Source: Candidatus Saccharimonadota bacterium (GTDB lineage Bacteria > Patescibacteriota > Saccharimonadia > Saccharimonadales > Saccharimonadaceae). Taken from it: a stretch of 34,938 bases of DNA. Position numbers and translations under genes: made by a program. The notes under the pieces are model-generated. The model was not told the origin of the DNA and did not search any database. It saw only the letters and a program-made list of their open reading frames with translations. The stretch spans positions 1 through 34,938 of the forward strand of contig JAUMYE010000001.1 of NCBI GenBank assembly GCA_030528815.1, written 5' to 3'. Below are positions 31,284 to 34,938 of this stretch, piece after piece (the first letter of the stretch is position 1; each line of letters starts with the position of its first letter).

Positions 31284-31317
31284 TAACTTCGGACAAGAAA
31301 AAGAAGGAGGAATTTTT

Positions 31318-32568
31318 ATGTCCAAAAGAATCAAAAGTTGGTCTTCGCCGAGAGCAAACCGTTTCCTGGTAATGCTCGAATCTGTGCTGACGGCCGGAAT
31401 CATCAGTATCCCGTTCATGACCATTCTCTACGAGAATGAGATTGGTCTCTCGCACGAGCAGATTGCACTCACTCAGGCCGCCTACACGGTAGTAGCTATG
31501 CTTCTAAACGTTCCGCTTGGCTGGGTTGCCGATCGCTTTAGTCGCAAGTTTGCAAATATTGCTGGCGATTTGCTGTGCTTTGCTGGCTTGCTGCTTTATG
31601 CGAGAGCTCAGACGATGCTTGACTGTGTGCTTTGTGAGACTTTCTTTGGTGTTGGTATGGCATTCTCTCAGGGTGTCGATTCGAGCTTACTCCAGCATTT
31701 CGCAGACAAAGAGGATGCGTCGCATGACCACAAACTGTTCAAGGATAGCTTTGGCCTGATGTCTTCGCTTTGTCAGCTCGCCTGCTTTGCGTACTACCTG
31801 ATTGGCTTCGCAATTGGTGATATGGACGTGCGTCAGATTATTACAATCTCGAGTGTCTCGTTCATAATGGCAGCTATCGCAGCTCTATTCATTAAGGATG
31901 ATAGCGAAAAGCTTGAGAAGTCTGAGAGGTCTCCCTTTGCCGACATGAAGAAAATCGCGGCATCGAGCGTCAAGAATCCGGCAATTAATATCCGTATTGC
32001 GGCTTTTATGATCTCTAGAGAGATGACGCACGGCATTACGTGGGTGTTTACGCCTTTGCTGCAGCTCGTTGGTATTGATGGCAAATGGATCGTACTCGGT
32101 TGGGCAGCAAACTCACTGATGTCTTACCTTGGTACAAAGATTGCTAGAAAGTATAGTGCAAGGCTGCCAGAATGGGTATGCTTTGCTGCGCCGATTGTAG
32201 TCGTAACTATGGCATCGTGCGTGATGTTCTTTGGGTTATCGGCTCTGACGCTCGGTCTCTATGCTTTCTTTGGAATGGCGCAGGGCTGGACAAGAACTAC
32301 GATGATGCCTAATCTTAAGACGCATGTCAAAAAGACTCAGCGGGTTACAGTCGAATCGTTTGCGAAGGTTTGCTCGCAGCTCTACTACATTATCTCTGTT
32401 TGGGTAATTGGAAAAGCTGCAGATGTCGACCTTAGATACGCTATCTTGGCGACGATTCTGCTCTTTGTACCGTTCGCTATTCCGACGGCGCTTCGCCTGA
32501 AAAATCAGGAGGAAGCAGAAAAGAACGGATCTGAGCAGATTGCTTCTAGTAGTGTTGCGATGACCTAA
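31318..32568 (+). CDS. MFS transporter
   Basis: AAGGAGG Shine-Dalgarno, 12 predicted TM helices and the GWVADRFSRK loop 2-3 motif (MFS GxLaDRxGRK signature). Confidence 0.85.
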   Translation: MSKRIKSWSSPRANRFLVMLESVLTAGIISIPFMTILYENEIGLSHEQIALTQAAYTVVAMLLNVPLGWVADRFSRKFANIAGDLLCFAGLLLYARAQTMLDCVLCETFFGVGMAFSQGVDSSLLQHFADKEDASHDHKLFKDSFGLMSSLCQLACFAYYLIGFAIGDMDVRQIITISSVSFIMAAIAALFIKDDSEKLEKSERSPFADMKKIAASSVKNPAINIRIAAFMISREMTHGITWVFTPLLQLVGIDGKWIVLGWAANSLMSYLGTKIARKYSARLPEWVCFAAPIVVVTMASCVMFFGLSALTLGLYAFFGMAQGWTRTTMMPNLKTHVKKTQRVTVESFAKVCSQLYYIISVWVIGKAADVDLRYAILATILLFVPFAIPTALRLKNQEEAEKNGSEQIASSSVAMT

Positions 32569-32574
32569 CATGAA

Positions 32575-32605
32575 TACTCCCCTGTGGAAGCAGGGGAGTA
32601 TTTTT
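32575..32605 (+). terminator. Rho-independent terminator of MFS gene
   Basis: TACTCCCCTG-TGGAAG-CAGGGGAGTA stem followed by TTTTT. Confidence 0.85.
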
Positions 32606-32610
32606 GGTAT

Positions 32611-32642
32611 AAAAAAATATAGACCTTGCGGTCTATCTTTTT
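32611..32642 (-). terminator. Terminator downstream of tRNA-Asn (bidirectional design)
   Basis: ATAGACC-TTGC-GGTCTAT with A7 on one side and CTTTTT on the other. The minus strand reads hairpin plus ATTTTTTT. Confidence 0.7.
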
Positions 32643-32651
32643 CTCTTCAAA

Positions 32652-32726
32652 TGGCTCCTCGGGCCAGACTCGAACTGGCAACCTCGAAGTTAACAGCTTC
32701 TTGCTCCACCATTGAGCTACCGAGGA
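32652..32726 (-). tRNA. tRNA-Asn (anticodon GTT), CCA encoded
   Basis: The reverse complement is TCCTCGG-TA-GCTC-AATGGTG-GAGC-A-AGAAG-CTGTTAA-CTTCG-AGGTT-GCCAG-TTCGAGT-CTGGC-CCGAGGA-G-CCA. This gives a 7-bp acceptor, 4-bp D stem, anticodon loop CT-GTT-AA, TTCGAGT T-loop and discriminator G. It is 75 nt long. Confidence 0.93.
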
Positions 32727-32737
32727 ATCTATATAGA

Positions 32738-32766
32738 ATTCTATCAAAGAGAATCATATCTGTCAA
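32738..32766 (-). promoter_or_regulatory. Sigma70-type promoter (TTGACA-17 nt-TAGAAT) for tRNA-Asn
   Basis: On the minus strand the -35 is at 32766-32761 and the -10 at 32743-32738. The mature tRNA 5' end is 11 nt downstream of the -10. Confidence 0.6.
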
Positions 32767-32770
32767 TAAA

Positions 32771-34174
32771 CTAGAATCTAAAATAGATAAAAGGATTATA
32801 GGAGCTACTAATCAAGAAAACTATAGTTAGTCCAAACATGCCCAAATAGACCAGATACTTTACTGGTATTAACCAAATACACTTCTGCTCAAGTTTGCAG
32901 AATGCTTTGCGAAGGTATGGAGTGACGAATAGAATGCCAATCAAGATATAAGGTAGCGAAGTAATCAGAGTGTAATTGCTATAGAATACTTCGGATAGAG
33001 AAAAGCTTGCGCCGACGCCGAACATCTTGCCAAGTGTTGCCGCAAGTGTGCTCAAATGTTCAACGCGGAAAATTGTCCACCCAATAACAACAATGAACAT
33101 TGTTAAGATATAGCGTATCCAAGTTGGTAGTTTGCTTAGAGGCTTCGCGAGTATAGTTCCTTCTAGGAGCAGAAGTACGCCATAGAATAAACCCCACAGA
33201 ATAAAGTTCCAGTTCGCTCCATGCCAGAGGCCGGTAAGCATCCAGACAATCATGATATTGCGGACCCATTTCAGCTTCGAGACGCGGTTGCCACCGAGTG
33301 GAATATAGATATAATCGCGGAACCATTTAGATAGCGAGATATGCCAACGGCGCCAAAAATCTTTGATGCTTGTCGCAATGTATGGATAGTTGAAGTTCTC
33401 CAAAAAGTTGAAGCCAAACATTTTGCCAAGGCCGATTGCCATATCGCTATATCCAGAAAAGTCGAAGTAAATTTGTAACGTATAAGCTATCGCCGCTAGC
33501 CAAAGCCCAATAGTGGAGACCTCTGTGATCGGCTGTGCGTAAAGTGTGTCTGCAATATAGGCGACATTATTTGCGATAATAACTTTCTTTGCAAGACCCA
33601 GCACAAAACGCTTAACGCCCTCGATAAACAAATCTAAGCTCTCTTTGCGATCCTTGAGCTGCTTCTCGACATCTGAGTACTGTACGATTGGGCCAGCAAT
33701 TAGCTGTGGGAAGAGCGCAATGTATGTCGCAAGAGTAACAATGTTTTTCTGAACCTTAACTTTGCCCCTATAAACATCGACTACGTATGACAAAATCTGG
33801 AAAGTATAAAAACTAATACCAATCGGAAGCTCAATTAGTGGCAGATTGAGTTGCTTGCCTGTTACGTTTTCGAAAATAGATATTCCAAAATTGAAATATT
33901 TAAAGAAGCCAAGAAGGGCGATATTGAAAATAATCGAAAGAATCAAAAGTGGCTTTTTGGAACGTTTCTTGGCTTTGCTAATCCATAATGCGAAGAAATA
34001 GTTTGCCACGATAGATATGAGCATCAAAATAATAAACTTCGGCTCGCCCCATGCGTAGAATAGCAGGGAAGCTAAGCACAAAATTGCATTGCGGAATTTC
34101 TTGTCAGCAATGTAATACAAAAACAGGACTAGTGGTAGAAATGTAGTTAAGAATGTCAGGCTACTGAATAGCAT
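32771..34174 (-). CDS. MBOAT-family membrane-bound O-acyltransferase (AlgI/DltB-like)
   Basis: The N-terminus MLFSSLTFLTTFLPLVLFLYY and FWRRWHISLSKWFRDYIYIPLGGNR (conserved His region) are present, with a multi-TM topology. Confidence 0.9.
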   Translation of the reverse strand: MLFSSLTFLTTFLPLVLFLYYIADKKFRNAILCLASLLFYAWGEPKFIILMLISIVANYFFALWISKAKKRSKKPLLILSIIFNIALLGFFKYFNFGISIFENVTGKQLNLPLIELPIGISFYTFQILSYVVDVYRGKVKVQKNIVTLATYIALFPQLIAGPIVQYSDVEKQLKDRKESLDLFIEGVKRFVLGLAKKVIIANNVAYIADTLYAQPITEVSTIGLWLAAIAYTLQIYFDFSGYSDMAIGLGKMFGFNFLENFNYPYIATSIKDFWRRWHISLSKWFRDYIYIPLGGNRVSKLKWVRNIMIVWMLTGLWHGANWNFILWGLFYGVLLLLEGTILAKPLSKLPTWIRYILTMFIVVIGWTIFRVEHLSTLAATLGKMFGVGASFSLSEVFYSNYTLITSLPYILIGILFVTPYLRKAFCKLEQKCIWLIPVKYLVYLGMFGLTIVFLISSSYNPFIYFRF

Positions 34175-34938
34175 TAGTTATATCCTTTCGGATTGTCGAC
34201 GGGTTTAGGGATATATCTTCCTCCTGAGCCGTTAGGTACAAGAAGTAGGTAATCTATCTTATTCTCTGTAATGATCTTATTAAAGGTAGCTAAGCTACAA
34301 AAACGCGTATCGATTACCCAAGTTTTATTGAAATGGGAAGCTACGAGCATATTAATAGTATTGGTGTCGCTATAGCCGATAATCATCAAGTTGCCTTTCT
34401 TTTTATGGTCGAAATTAAACTCGACGACAGATGTGTCTGGGCCGTAAAAATAGCCATAAATCAAATCTCCTGACCCATTTCTTAGTTCTGGATTCGTAAA
34501 ATAGTCTTCCTGCCAGCCGTACTCTATAGATTGCCCGTCGACTTTAGTTTTATGGCTTGGGAAATTAAAACGATAAACTGTAAACTTTTCTTCAGACAAG
34601 AACGGCCATGCTAGTCTTCTTTTTGACCCAATCGTATCGTAGTTAAAAGTAACTTTTTCGATCGGCTTAAGAACCTTCTCTTTTTCTCCTAAAATCAAGG
34701 AAATAATATCTTTGTATCCCTGATAAGATCCCTCGTAATTCCAGTGATGATCATTCTTGAAAAAGTACTTTTTGTAATCTAGGTAACTATCTATTTTGAG
34801 GTTACTTATCTTAAAATCTGGGTAGTAGGCTGAATAATTATTGATGTAATCCTGAGTTTTGCTTGGGTTATCAAAATCTACAATCCCATCAGTTGTAACG
34901 ATATAGATGTATTTGTCCTTAATTGGTAAACTAGAATA
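34174..34938 (-). CDS. DHHW-motif protein (AlgJ/AlgX-like SGNH-type O-acyltransferase partner), 5'-truncated by window edge
   Basis: The minus-strand frame stays open to base 34938 (YSSLPIKDKYIYIVTTDGIVDF...KNDHHWNYEGSYQGY...). The tracked Met at 34698 is a TTG inside this frame. It has the DHHW motif, and its stop overlaps the MBOAT ATG by 1 nt. Confidence 0.72.
   Translation of the reverse strand, partial: YSSLPIKDKYIYIVTTDGIVDFDNPSKTQDYINNYSAYYPDFKISNLKIDSYLDYKKYFFKNDHHWNYEGSYQGYKDIISLILGEKEKVLKPIEKVTFNYDTIGSKRRLAWPFLSEEKFTVYRFNFPSHKTKVDGQSIEYGWQEDYFTNPELRNGSGDLIYGYFYGPDTSVVEFNFDHKKKGNLMIIGYSDTNTINMLVASHFNKTWVIDTRFCSLATFNKIITENKIDYLLLVPNGSGGRYIPKPVDNPKGYN

Noticed and set aside
32570-32830. 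86-aa plus-strand ORF
   Set aside because: It runs straight through two terminators, the tRNA-Asn gene and its promoter, and it carries no coding signals.
32652-34938. A genomic island integrated at tRNA-Asn (AT-rich MBOAT/DHHW segment)
   Set aside because: The AT-rich genes lie on the 5' side of the tRNA rather than its 3' end. I found no integrase and no direct repeat of the tRNA 3' end.
1-34938. CRISPR arrays, IS elements or transposases, integrases, prophage genes, toxin-antitoxin pairs, restriction-modification or other recognisable defence genes, and an alternative genetic code
   Set aside because: - I saw no short regularly spaced repeats.
- No DDE, serine-recombinase or tyrosine-recombinase motifs, no terminal inverted repeats, and no ATPase, nuclease or methylase signatures.
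- Long ORFs with family motifs read cleanly with TGA, TAA and TAG as stops.

Overview
This is a compact bacterial chromosomal window, roughly 90% coding. I call 36 protein-coding regions, counting one tentative 33-codon sORF and two genes cut by the window edges, plus one tRNA-Asn(GTT). I saw no rRNA, CRISPR array, transposase, integrase, reverse transcriptase or prophage genes. Long uninterrupted ORFs under the standard code argue against a recoded genetic code.

Layout:
- 1-8139: a Wzx/Wzy-type surface-glycan locus. It holds galE, a Wzz-like protein, GT2, an EpsG-type polymerase, two GT1 genes, a second GT2 and a Wzx flippase. It is visibly more AT-rich than the housekeeping genes.
- 8217-14427: a divergent cell-envelope module. 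One arm is a small membrane-anchored protein co-transcribed with a 788-aa exoprotein (Cys-rich N-terminal domain plus about 9 LGFP-type repeats). The other arm is a 1044-aa orphan membrane protein.
- 14457-24971: housekeeping genes (dus, an NrdH-like redoxin, an alpha/beta hydrolase, smpB, aspS, murC) mixed with a GT4/GT32 pair and several orphan membrane or secreted proteins.
- 25067-26135: a LexA-DNA-binding-domain-only regulator divergent from an orphan gene.
- 26163-28719: a WbaP-type initiating sugar transferase fused into an operon with a CDF transporter.
- 28716-30975: orphan genes, one carrying two HEARO-like repeats.
- 30976-32568: the longest intergenic region. It holds a near-consensus promoter, a leaderless 33-codon sORF and a three-copy 10-mer/terminator arrangement upstream of an MFS transporter.
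- 32652-34938: tRNA-Asn, then an MBOAT plus DHHW (AlgJ-like) O-acylation pair.

A recurring sequence-level signal is TGnTAnAAT-type extended -10 boxes lying only 6-10 nt upstream of the ATG at at least 13 gene starts, with no Shine-Dalgarno. This implies widespread leaderless mRNAs.

My best candidates for undescribed biology are the LGFP exoprotein/giant membrane protein module, the LexA-DBD-only pair and the sORF/alternative-hairpin leader of the MFS gene. All three are hypotheses from sequence reading only. The overall style resembles reduced-genome CPR/Saccharibacteria-like bacteria, which is an unverified inference.
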